In this document: positions 1 through 8,006 of the stretch, in pieces
How the letters are laid out: every line of letters starts with the position of its first letter
Numbering within the stretch: position 1 is the first letter of the stretch
From: an uncultured Bacteroidota bacterium
GTDB lineage: Bacteria; Bacteroidota; Bacteroidia; Bacteroidales; GCA-2748055
DNA: 64,000 bases
Reading direction: 5' to 3'
Assembly: GCA_963793455.1 (NCBI GenBank)
Contig: CAWCAK010000002.1
Location: 128,513-192,512 of the forward strand
Position numbers and translations under genes: made by a program
Notes under the pieces: generated by a model
The model's input: only the letters and a program-made list of their open reading frames with translations
Databases searched by the model: none
Told to the model about the DNA's origin: nothing

Positions 1-1
1 C

Positions 2-160
2 CTGGATGCTGAACCTGTCACTGTCACTGCCCATGAACACCGCCCCGCCTACAGTTCCGACGGTGATTACTTCTCCAATCCCAACGCCGAGGATGTGTTC
101 GAGGCCATCTACGCCCTCATGCACGAATCCGACCCGGTCCGCTATCCCCGTATATATTAG
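2..160 (+). CDS. 3' end of an unidentified gene that begins upstream of the window
   Basis: Frame 2 is open from the window edge and reads [52 protein letters not shown], with TAG at 158-160 and ordinary amino-acid composition. It is missing from the ORF track only because it has no start codon. The overlapping track ORF 6..284 is P/S/T-rich and looks like a shadow frame. Confidence 0.4.
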   Translation: MDAEPVTVTAHEHRPAYSSDGDYFSNPNAEDVFEAIYALMHESDPVRYPRIY

Positions 161-166
161 TCAAAA

Positions 167-231
167 GGGTATACTGTCTTCCTCGCTTAACCTGCCTCCG
201 GCAGCTGTAGGCTTCGAAAACCAGTATACCC
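167..231. repeat. 65-bp palindromic REP/MITE-like element, copy 1
   Basis: GGGTATACTG...CAGTATACCC 10-bp terminal inverted repeats with a central CTGCC-TCC-GGCAG hairpin. It matches the reverse complement of 1096-1160 with 3 mismatches in 65 nt by manual alignment. It starts 6 nt after the TAG of the window-edge gene. Confidence 0.85.
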
Positions 232-383
232 TTTTCCCTGTTAATGACTATCGTAAGAAAGGCTTAATACCGAACAGTGAATAAATTCTCACCATCATAC
301 TGGTATTCAAAAGCGATTATCGTTATATTGGATCCATTCATCCATTCAATGCCACAGGTATAAACCATGAACTTAAAACATAG

Positions 384-1025
384 ATGATGAGAACCATAAT
401 TTGCTTCATGGCGGTGGTGTTGACCACCGCATCGTGCAGTTCAAAGAAAGAGTCGTTGTTCAACGGGGAAAACCTTGACGGCTGGACCATTTTCGTGGAC
501 GATCCGGCCATCGCACCGGAAGATTTTTTCTATGTGAACGACGGGATGATAGAGACCCCCGGGGTGCCCGCAGGGTACCTGAGAACGGTAAAGGAGTATG
601 CTGACTATCACCTGCATATCGAATGGCGCTATCCGGAGAATCCAACCAACAGCGGGGTATTTATTCATACTTCAGGTCCTGACCTGATCTGGCCGGCACA
701 TTTCCAGGGCCAGCTGAAGGTGGAGAATGCCGGGGACTTCATCGTTCACGGAACCGGAGAATATGCAACCATCCGGGATACGGTGTATACCTCCACAGCG
801 GATTCCAAACCGGTCATCCCGAAGATCAATCCCACCAATGAGTATCCCGCAGATGAGTGGAACAGTTATGATATTTATTGCAGGGGAAATACCATTGAGC
901 TGTGGGTGAACGGATTGCTTCAGAACAGGGCAACCGGTTGTTCCATGACCAGTGGTGGCATCGGCCTGCAGGCCGAGGGATCAAGGATCCAGTTCCGCGA
1001 ATTGTGGATCGAACCACTCCGCTGA
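384..1025 (+). CDS. DUF1080 (3-keto-disaccharide hydrolase-like) domain lipoprotein
   Basis: 213-aa ORF with a lipoprotein-type signal (VVLTTASC). Contains LFNGENLDGW, YHLHIEWRY, NSGVFIH, ELWVNG and a GIGLQAEGSRIQFRELWIEPL ending, all typical of the DUF1080 jelly-roll family. Confidence 0.85.
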   Translation: MMRTIICFMAVVLTTASCSSKKESLFNGENLDGWTIFVDDPAIAPEDFFYVNDGMIETPGVPAGYLRTVKEYADYHLHIEWRYPENPTNSGVFIHTSGPDLIWPAHFQGQLKVENAGDFIVHGTGEYATIRDTVYTSTADSKPVIPKINPTNEYPADEWNSYDIYCRGNTIELWVNGLLQNRATGCSMTSGGIGLQAEGSRIQFRELWIEPLR

Positions 1026-1095
1026 CTCAGCCAGGCTTCTTCGCCCAACACCCTTTTACCTGCTAGCCACAAAGTATAATAGGCTTACCCTGCGA

Positions 1096-1160
1096 GGGTA
1101 TACTGGTTTCCGAAGCCTACAGCTGCCGGAGGCAGGTTAAGCAAGGAAGACAGTATACCT
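1096..1160. repeat. 65-bp palindromic REP/MITE-like element, copy 2 (inverted relative to copy 1)
   Basis: The reverse complement equals 167-231 except at 3 positions. It ends 3 nt before the nhaC stop codon (1164-1166, minus strand) and lies 70 nt after the DUF1080 stop. Confidence 0.85.
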
Positions 1161-1163
1161 GAG

Positions 1164-2666
1164 CTAGCTGTCTTTACGTTCCTCTTCGGTGATAACCTCA
1201 GCGTCGGATTCGCCTTCTTTGTAGCGGCGGATGCGGTAGTTGATGGATGCGAAGAGGATGCTGAAGAGGGGGCTCAGGAAGTTGAAGAAAGCGTAGGGCA
1301 GGTACTCCACGGTGGGAACCCCCAGTACCCTCGACTGGGTGGCCCCGCAGGTATTCCAGGGAACCAGCACGGAAGTGATGGTCCCGCCGTCCTCCAGGGT
1401 GCGGCTCAGTACCTCCGGTTTCAATCCCCGTTCCTTATAGGTTTTCGCAAACATGCGGCCCGGCACCACGATGGCGATGTACTGGTCCGAGGCGGTGATG
1501 TTGAAGAAGATACTTGTGGCAATGGTGGTGGCCACCAGTGAGCCTGTGGAATGTGCCCAGCGGATCACCGAACTGGTGATCTTCACCAGGAGTCCGGCCG
1601 ATTCCATGGTCCCCCCGAAGACCATGGCCGACAGGATCAGCCAGATGGTGTTCAGCATACCCCTCATACCGGTGCTCGACAGCAGTTCATTGACCATTTC
1701 GTTGGGAGTGGTAATGGCCACGTCTCCGAAGATAGATTGCATGACTGAAAGGTAGGAGGCCTTAAAGAATGTGGTGGTGGTGCCATCGAGGCCCTGTGCC
1801 ACTTCCCGGATCAGGTGGGGCTGGAAAATGATAGCGAACAGGCCCCCTATGAGCGATCCTGCCAGCAGGGCGGGCAGGGGAGGGACCTTCTTGATGATGA
1901 TGAAGATCAGGAAGGCCGGCACCAGCATCAACCAGGGTGTAACCCTGAATTTTGTGCTGATGGCCTCCAGCACCATTTCGATGTCACCGGGGGTTGATTC
2001 AAATGAGTAGGTGAACCCGATCACCAGGAAGATGATCAGTGTGATACTCATGGCCGGTACCGTGGTGATGGTCATGTACCTGATGTGGGTAAAGAGATCG
2101 GTTCCGGCCATGGCCGGGGCCAGGTTGGTGGTATCGGAAAGGGGCGACATCTTGTCACCGAAATAGGCCCCCGAGATCACTGCCCCGGCAATGAGCCCTT
2201 CACTGATTCCCAGTGCCTGTCCAACCCCGATCAGTGCGATCCCGATGGTGGCCACGGTGGACCAGCTGGAACCGGTTGCCAGGGATACCATTCCGGTAAT
2301 AATGACTGTGGCAAACAGGAAGATCTTCGGGTGGAAAACCTTGAGTCCGTAATAGATCAGCGTGGGAATCACCCCGCTCATCAGCCAGGTGCCTGCCAGG
2401 GCACCGATCATCAGCAGGATCAGGATGGAGGGCATGGCAGAGCCAATGCTCTTCACGATGCTGGTGCGCACACTGGGCCATTTCACCCCCAGGCTCACCG
2501 CGATGATACCGGCCACGGCCGATGCCAGGATCAGTGCAAACTGGTTGGCCCCGTCCAGGGTATGGTCGCCGAAATAGGTCACATTCAGTACCAGGAGGGT
2601 GATCAGTACGGCGATGGGAATCAGGGCCTGCAGGAGGTTCGGGGACCGGGCTTGGTGCTCGCTCAT
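1164..2666 (-). CDS. nhaC: Na+/H+ antiporter, NhaC family
   Basis: Long polytopic membrane ORF with NhaC-like sequence throughout. I moved the start to the ATG at 2664-2666 (MSEHQARSPNLLQALIP...). The 48 extra codons of the track ORF (to 2810) run into the divergent gene at 2749. Confidence 0.85.
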   Translation of the reverse strand: MSEHQARSPNLLQALIPIAVLITLLVLNVTYFGDHTLDGANQFALILASAVAGIIAVSLGVKWPSVRTSIVKSIGSAMPSILILLMIGALAGTWLMSGVIPTLIYYGLKVFHPKIFLFATVIITGMVSLATGSSWSTVATIGIALIGVGQALGISEGLIAGAVISGAYFGDKMSPLSDTTNLAPAMAGTDLFTHIRYMTITTVPAMSITLIIFLVIGFTYSFESTPGDIEMVLEAISTKFRVTPWLMLVPAFLIFIIIKKVPPLPALLAGSLIGGLFAIIFQPHLIREVAQGLDGTTTTFFKASYLSVMQSIFGDVAITTPNEMVNELLSSTGMRGMLNTIWLILSAMVFGGTMESAGLLVKITSSVIRWAHSTGSLVATTIATSIFFNITASDQYIAIVVPGRMFAKTYKERGLKPEVLSRTLEDGGTITSVLVPWNTCGATQSRVLGVPTVEYLPYAFFNFLSPLFSILFASINYRIRRYKEGESDAEVITEEERKDS

Positions 2667-2748
2667 GGAGTTCAACAGATAAGCGGTCAAGATACTATTT
2701 TTCTTTGAGCTTCGTTTTAATTCATACAAAAATGGCGTAACTTGAACC

Positions 2749-3354
2749 ATGGCAAATCCGGGGGATATGGAGCTGAATATCGATTTTTTCCATGTTGTCA
2801 ATGAGAACATTGCCGGGAAGGGCAGGATCCTGATCTCTGAGCCCTTCCTGAGTGACCATTATTTCCGCCGGTCCATCGTCTATCTCACAGAACATAACGA
2901 AGAGGGCTCCCTGGGTTTTGTGCTGAACAAACCCCTGGAGATCAACATCAGTGAGATCGTGGATGATTTCCCGGAGACCGATTTCCCCATTTCGGTGGGG
3001 GGGCCTGTGAGCAACAACACGGTCCACTTTCTCCATACACTGGGGGAGGAGATCCCCGGGAGTGTGGCTGTGACCGACGGGATCTACTGGGGGGGTGATT
3101 TCGATCACATCAAAGAGCTTATCTCCGGAGGGCGCATCAAGCCTCACCAGCTCCGGTTTTTCCTGGGTTATGCAGGCTGGTCTCCAGGTCAGCTCGACGG
3201 GGAGATGAAGGAACATGCATGGCTGGTGGGCAAGATCTCCCCCCGCATGGTGATGCAGGGCGTTGAGACGGAGTTCTGGAGCGACATACTGGCCCGTTAC
3301 AACAACAAATACAAAGCCTGGGCCAATTTCCCCGAGGACCCGGGGCTCAATTAG
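2749..3354 (+). CDS. YqgE/AlgH family protein (UPF0301)
   Basis: 201 aa. Contains ILISEPFLSDHYFRRSIVYLTEHNEEGSLGFVLNKP, GGPV and GYAGWSPGQLDGEMKEHAWLV, the hallmark of the YqgE/AlgH family. Confidence 0.85.
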   Translation: MANPGDMELNIDFFHVVNENIAGKGRILISEPFLSDHYFRRSIVYLTEHNEEGSLGFVLNKPLEINISEIVDDFPETDFPISVGGPVSNNTVHFLHTLGEEIPGSVAVTDGIYWGGDFDHIKELISGGRIKPHQLRFFLGYAGWSPGQLDGEMKEHAWLVGKISPRMVMQGVETEFWSDILARYNNKYKAWANFPEDPGLN

Positions 3355-4003
3355 GCGGGCAGATCCCTGATACAACGGATCGAAAAGCCATCTCCCTCGT
3401 AGCTGTTGGTGCGGTGAACCTTCTCGCTGGAAAAATAGAGTGACCGGTACCAGGCAAAATGGGCATGGTACTGGGAGGAGGACCACCAGTAGCCCGATGA
3501 GCCGAGCACATAAAATGTCCCGTCCACATCGCGGTACCCCCCGGAACGGCGGAAAAGCCACTCTCATTGGTGGCACCAGCATTCGGTGTTTTCCAGTGCG
3601 CAGTTCCCTTCTTTTTCAGTTTCCCTCCTGTGTCGTTCCCGCGCCACCCTGTATTGTCCAGCAGCGCCCGGTGCATACCCAGGTACATCTCCAGCTCCTG
3701 CCATTCATTATCCCCGGGAACATGCCAGCCCTCAGGCGCCAGTCCGCGCGGATCATTGACCGCATGCCAGTTATACAGCCTGCCGTATGACGCCCCGTAT
3801 TTCATATCATTGCGGGGGTAGCACCATGCCCCCGTGGTCAATCCTCCCCACGCTTCACCATCCTTCACATGCGGAATTGGATCTCCGTTGCGGTAATGGT
3901 CCGCATTCAGGTTCTCGGCCATCCAGACCTGGGACCCTATCTGCACTGTTTTGTAAGTTTTCCCGTCGACAGGGTCTGTGAATGTTCCTTGAGCGATGGC
4001 CAT
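3347..4003 (-). CDS. FISUMP-domain protein (Fibrobacter succinogenes major paralogous domain), frameshifted in a G6 run
   Basis: The N-terminal 150 aa are typical FISUMP: DGKTYKTVQIGSQVWMAENL, YGRLYNW, APEGWHVPGDNEWQELE, GGKLKKKGTAHWKTPNAGATNESGFSAVPGG. After the run at 3537-3542 the track frame becomes low-complexity. The +1 frame reads YRDVDGTFYVLGSSGYWWSSS...GDGFSIRCIRDLPA* (stop at 3351-3353), which is the canonical FISUMP C-terminus. No signal peptide is visible. Confidence 0.8.
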   Translation of the reverse strand: MAIAQGTFTDPVDGKTYKTVQIGSQVWMAENLNADHYRNGDPIPHVKDGEAWGGLTTGAWCYPRNDMKYGASYGRLYNWHAVNDPRGLAPEGWHVPGDNEWQELEMYLGMHRALLDNTGWRGNDTGGKLKKKGTAHWKTPNAGATNESGFSAVPGGTAMWTGHFMCSAHRATGGPPPSTMPILPGTGHSIFPARRFTAPTATREMAFRSVVSGICPPN

Positions 4004-4018
4004 GAGGGGATCTGTTGT

Positions 4019-4534
4019 TTATGAATTCATGAGGATCTTCTTCAATACAACCTGCAGGTCCTCATTGGAGGTGGTCAGGATGGTTCTCAATCCGGCAGCC
4101 TTTCCTGCATCCACATCCCTTTGTGAATCCCCGATGAACCATGAAAGGGCCGGATCGATCCGGTACCTGGCCATGGCTTTTTCAATCATCAGTGGAAGTG
4201 GTTTCCTGCAGAGGCATGCCCCGGAATCAGGGTGGTGGGGGCAGTAGTAGAAATCGTCCGGTTCGGCCCCCTGTTTTTTCAGCAGTTGCCTGATATGGAG
4301 GTGGATTTTCTCCACTTCTTCACGGGTATAGATCCCCCGACCGATCCCCCCCTGGTTGGTAATGATGATCAGCAGATAGCCCTGATCCTTCAAATGCGTC
4401 AGGGTCTCAACCACACCGGGATTGATCTCCACCTCTTCCCTTTTCCAGATGTAATACCGGCCCTGGTTACTGTTGATCACCCCGTCCCGGTCCAGGAAGA
4501 CAGCTTTGGCCGCTATTTTTTCATTCCGGTCCAT
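4019..4534 (-). CDS. HAD-IIIA phosphatase, D,D-heptose 1,7-bisphosphate phosphatase (GmhB)-like
   Basis: Contains AVFLDRDGVIN, LLIIITNQGGIGRG, CxHHP...C.CRKP and FIGDSQRDVDAGKAAG motifs. I moved the start to the ATG at 4532-4534 (MDRNEKIAAK...), directly after the stop of the upstream rhomboid gene. Confidence 0.75.
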   Translation of the reverse strand: MDRNEKIAAKAVFLDRDGVINSNQGRYYIWKREEVEINPGVVETLTHLKDQGYLLIIITNQGGIGRGIYTREEVEKIHLHIRQLLKKQGAEPDDFYYCPHHPDSGACLCRKPLPLMIEKAMARYRIDPALSWFIGDSQRDVDAGKAAGLRTILTTSNEDLQVVLKKILMNS

Positions 4535-4535
4535 G

Positions 4536-5156
4536 TCAGCGGGGGAACAGGTTTTCGAGGAATACCCCGAACAACCGGGGTTCCAGCAGGAGGGGAAAGA
4601 CAAATCCCACAACGGCTCCCCAGAAGTGTGCCTCGTGGTTGATGTTGTCCCGGTTTCGCCGGCTCATGTAGCTGGAGTAGATCAGGTAGAGGATTCCGAA
4701 CAGGATGCCGGGGATGGGAAGCACCATGTAGAAATAGATCTTCTGCAGCGGGGCAAAGAAGATATAGGAAAACACCACCGCTGAAACCGCCCCGGATGCA
4801 CCTACGGCACTGTACTCCTGTTTGTTCCTGTATTTTGCGATGGTGGAGACGGATGAGAGGGCGATGGATGAAATGTAGAGCAGAATGAAAAAGAAGGGCC
4901 CGGAGAAGATCACCCCCTGCGTCTCCAGGGTTTTGAAAACCTTCTCTATCCCGGTTCCGAAAGAGTAGAGCACCAGCATGTTGATCCCCAGGTGGAGGAT
5001 GTCGGTATGCAGGAAAGCATGGGTGAAGATCCTGTAGTATTGCCTGTTGTGCACCACCTGGTAAGGGGAAAGGTCGAACCGGTAAAGCAGCTCCCTTTTC
5101 CGGAGGGCCAGCAGGGAGATGATTGCTGTAATGATGACGATAACCAGGGTAATCAC
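4536..5156 (-). CDS. Rhomboid family intramembrane serine protease
   Basis: 206 aa and multi-TM. Contains HAFLHTDILHLGINMLVLYSFG and GASGAVSAVVFSY (catalytic GxSG context). There is a 4-nt overlap with the holA stop. Confidence 0.8.
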   Translation of the reverse strand: MITLVIVIITAIISLLALRKRELLYRFDLSPYQVVHNRQYYRIFTHAFLHTDILHLGINMLVLYSFGTGIEKVFKTLETQGVIFSGPFFFILLYISSIALSSVSTIAKYRNKQEYSAVGASGAVSAVVFSYIFFAPLQKIYFYMVLPIPGILFGILYLIYSSYMSRRNRDNINHEAHFWGAVVGFVFPLLLEPRLFGVFLENLFPR

Positions 5157-6163
5157 AGGTGGAGTATTTTGAATACAAGTTCCTTCATCAACTCTCCATC
5201 CGGTGTTGTATTGCCATTGTATCCCTTGGAGCGCATGTCGTAGGTGCGGAGCAGCGAGATGATCTGCACCAGCCTGCCTGCACTGTACCTCCTGGAGGCA
5301 TTTTCATATTCGGAGACAAAGAAGGGATTCACCTTCAGTGTAGCTGCCAGATTCTGTTTCGACCGGTCTTTGAGGTAGTGGATCATCAGCAGCTTGGCGA
5401 AGAAATAGTAAAGCGATGAGATGACCACGACAAAGGGGTATTTCTTGTCGTTCTCGGCAAAATAGCGGATGATCCGGTTGGCTTTCACCACATCCCTTTT
5501 CCCCAGGGCATTCTGTAGTTCGAACTGGTTGAAGTCCTTACTGATCCCGATGTGTTCCTCCACGTGGGACGGTGTGATGGTGCGGGTGTTCTCCCCGATG
5601 GCAATGATCAGTTTGTCCACCTCGTTGGTGATCTTTGAGAGGTCGCTGCCCAGGAACTCGGCCAGCAGTGCAGCGGCCTTGGGCTCCAGGGTGTATTTCC
5701 GTTTGGATGCATACCCTGAGATCCATCCCGGTACCTGGTCATCATACAGTTTTTTGGACATGAAGTCCACGGCGTTCTTCTTCAGGGCACTGAAAACCTT
5801 CATGCGGTTGTCAGGTTTCTTGTACTTGTAATTGAGCACCAGGAGGGTGGAGGGTTGCGGATTTTTCACATAATGGACCAGGTTTTCAAAGTCCTTCAGT
5901 TCCTGGGCCTCTTTGACCACCACCACCTGGTGGGATGCCATCATGGGAAAGCGTTTGGCCAGGTTGGACACCTGGGCTGCATCACTCTCCTTTCCGTATA
6001 CAATGGTCTGGTTGAAGCTCTTCTCGGCCTCGTCAAGTACGTGGGTGGTGATGTAGTCGGTCACCAGGTCAATGTAGTAGGGTTCCTCTCCGTGAAGAAA
6101 ATAGATAGGTTTGAAGGACCTGTTCTTCAGCTCCCCGATGATCTGTTCATAGGTCATATCCAA
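5153..6163 (-). CDS. holA: DNA polymerase III subunit delta
   Basis: 336 aa with the N-terminus YEQIIGELKNRSFKPIYFLHGEEPYYID, and length and pattern typical of HolA. Confidence 0.8.
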   Translation of the reverse strand: MDMTYEQIIGELKNRSFKPIYFLHGEEPYYIDLVTDYITTHVLDEAEKSFNQTIVYGKESDAAQVSNLAKRFPMMASHQVVVVKEAQELKDFENLVHYVKNPQPSTLLVLNYKYKKPDNRMKVFSALKKNAVDFMSKKLYDDQVPGWISGYASKRKYTLEPKAAALLAEFLGSDLSKITNEVDKLIIAIGENTRTITPSHVEEHIGISKDFNQFELQNALGKRDVVKANRIIRYFAENDKKYPFVVVISSLYYFFAKLLMIHYLKDRSKQNLAATLKVNPFFVSEYENASRRYSAGRLVQIISLLRTYDMRSKGYNGNTTPDGELMKELVFKILHL

Positions 6164-6199
6164 ACGTACAAAAACATTATGGGAGTTCCTTTGGGAAGG

Positions 6200-6973
6200 C
6201 TATATAAATTTCAGGTGTTTCACGGACTCTTTATGGTCGATGATTTCATGGAGGGATTCAATCCCTATCTCCAGGTGCATTTGTGCGAACTTCTCGGTAA
6301 CCATCTTATCACTTTTCCTGGTTTTTATACCTTCCGAGATCATGGGCTGGTCAGAAACCAGCAGCAGGGCCCCGGTGGGGATCTCGTTTGCGAATCCTAC
6401 GGTGAACAGGGTGGCTGTCTCCATGTCAATGGCCATGCTTCGGATGATCCTCAGGTACTCCTTGAAATCGCTGTCATGTTCCCAGACCCTCCTGTTGGTG
6501 GAGAATACGGTACCGGTCCAGTAGTCCCTTCCCTTGGTCCTAATGACGTGTGATACGGCCCGCTGCAGGTTGAAGGCAGGCAGGGCCGGCACTTCGGGCG
6601 GCAGGTAGTCATCGGAGGTCCCGTCCCCCCGGATGGCGGCGATGGGCAGGATCAGGTCACCCAGCTCATTTTTCTTTTTCAGTCCGCCGCATTTGCCCAG
6701 GAAAAGGACCGCTGCAGGGTTGATGGCACCCAGCAGGTCCATGACGGTAGCCGCATTGGCACTCCCCATGCCGAAATTGATCATGGTGATATCCCCGGAG
6801 GTGGCTGCGGGCATGGCCACGTTCCTGTCGGCCACCTTGGTATCACGGAGAGATACAAACAGGTCAAGGTAGGCCTGGAAGTTGGTGAGCAGGATGTATT
6901 TGCCGAAGCGGTTATTGGGGATTCCGGTATACCGTGGAAGCCAGTTCTCTATGATTTCCTGTTTTGTCTTCAT
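6200..6973 (-). CDS. amn: AMP nucleosidase (nucleoside phosphorylase superfamily)
   Basis: 257 aa. Contains NWLPRYTG, FGKYILLTNFQAYLDLF and a PNP/UDP-1 type core (GMGSANAATVMDLL, AIDMETATLF). This is the short Bacteroidota form of Amn. Confidence 0.75.
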   Translation of the reverse strand: MKTKQEIIENWLPRYTGIPNNRFGKYILLTNFQAYLDLFVSLRDTKVADRNVAMPAATSGDITMINFGMGSANAATVMDLLGAINPAAVLFLGKCGGLKKKNELGDLILPIAAIRGDGTSDDYLPPEVPALPAFNLQRAVSHVIRTKGRDYWTGTVFSTNRRVWEHDSDFKEYLRIIRSMAIDMETATLFTVGFANEIPTGALLLVSDQPMISEGIKTRKSDKMVTEKFAQMHLEIGIESLHEIIDHKESVKHLKFI

Positions 6974-7022
6974 CTCTTTTTGTATTTCATCCGTATATTA
7001 GAACCATAAAGATAGGGCTTAT

Positions 7023-7475
7023 ATGCAGAAACTGAATCTTCCGGAATATGATATCCGGCAGCGTGACCAGGAGGGCAAGCGCTTTATCTTTGATGAGTTC
7101 AGGAAGAAGTATGTGGTGCATACGCCGGAGGAAGAGGTACGGCAGCGGTTTGCCCGTTACCTGGTGGAGGAAAAGGGATATCCCCGGTCACTGATCCAGA
7201 CCGAATATGCATTGAAACTGAATGAGATGATCCGCAGGTGTGATATCCTGGTGCACAAACCGGCAGGATCCCCGGCAGTGCTGGTGGAGTGCAAGGCGCC
7301 TGCAGTCAGGATCGGCAGGGAGACCTTTGACCAGGCGGCCCGGTACAACATGGCTTTCAGGGTCAGGTACCTGATGGTCACCAACGGCCTGAAGCACTAT
7401 TGTTGCTCAGTTGACTTTCGGGAGCAGCTGGTTACTTTTCTGGAGGAGATCCCTGATTACGGTTCTCTGGAGTGA
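7023..7475 (+). CDS. Type I restriction enzyme HsdR N-terminal domain-containing protein (stand-alone)
   Basis: 150 aa. Contains LNLPEYDIR, IFDEFRKKYVVHTPEEEVRQRF, YLVEEKGYP, DILV and VECKAP, the pattern of the small HsdR_N family. Confidence 0.7.
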   Translation: MQKLNLPEYDIRQRDQEGKRFIFDEFRKKYVVHTPEEEVRQRFARYLVEEKGYPRSLIQTEYALKLNEMIRRCDILVHKPAGSPAVLVECKAPAVRIGRETFDQAARYNMAFRVRYLMVTNGLKHYCCSVDFREQLVTFLEEIPDYGSLE

Positions 7476-8005
7476 TCCGCCGGGCCGATGCACTGCATCA
7501 TCCACTCGTTCTCAAAGGTCTGGCCGTTGAAGAGCCACTCCTTTTTCTCCCCGATCACCTGGAATCCAGCTGAGGTAAAGAGCTTCATGCTTTCGTTGTT
7601 GCCTGATCCAATGTTGCACCATAGCTGGTGGAGCTTCAGTACACCAAAACAGTACTCCATGAGTGTCTCAAGGGCTTCGCGGGCATATCCCTTCCCGCGG
7701 TCCGAAGGATCGGCAATGAGGATCCCGGTTCCTGCACGCCTGTGGTAGGGGTCAAAGTCAAACAGGTCGATGGCCCCCACGGGCCTTTTTTCCGTGTTCT
7801 CCTCAATGATCAGGCGAAGCTGCTTCAATTCAAAGATGTCCTTGCGGGCATTTTCCAGGTATTGTTTGAGCAGGAACCTGGAGTAGGGGACCAGGGTTCC
7901 GGACAGGAGCCAGATGGAAGGGTCGTTTTCCCACCTGTACAATATTTCAAGATCCTCAGGTTCAAGGGCCCTGAGGGAAATATGTTCATTCTCCAGGATG
8001 TTCAC
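7457..8005 (-). CDS. GNAT family N-acetyltransferase (RimJ/RimL-like)
   Basis: 182 aa. Contains ISLRALEPEDLEILYRWENDP, a GKGYAREALETLMEYCF acetyl-CoA binding region, and NESMKLFTSAGF. Confidence 0.8.
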   Translation of the reverse strand: MNILENEHISLRALEPEDLEILYRWENDPSIWLLSGTLVPYSRFLLKQYLENARKDIFELKQLRLIIEENTEKRPVGAIDLFDFDPYHRRAGTGILIADPSDRGKGYAREALETLMEYCFGVLKLHQLWCNIGSGNNESMKLFTSAGFQVIGEKKEWLFNGQTFENEWMMQCIGPADHSREP

Positions 8006-8006
8006 G

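Noticed and set aside
6-284. Track ORF of 92 aa at the window start
   Set aside because: The product is P/S/T-rich and low-complexity. A different frame (2-160) gives an ordinary protein C-terminus ending in TAG just before the palindromic element. The 6-284 ORF also runs straight through that repeat.
2722-3582. Long antisense or alternative-frame ORFs: 2722-3582(-), 5855-6553(+), 16149-17072(+), 40610-41290(-), 42916-43722(-), 54829-55776(+), 47113-47613(+) and similar
   Set aside because: Each lies entirely opposite or out of frame to a gene with a clear family assignment. Their composition is Arg/Gly/Pro/His-rich, typical of shadow ORFs in GC-rich coding DNA. None has recognisable motifs.
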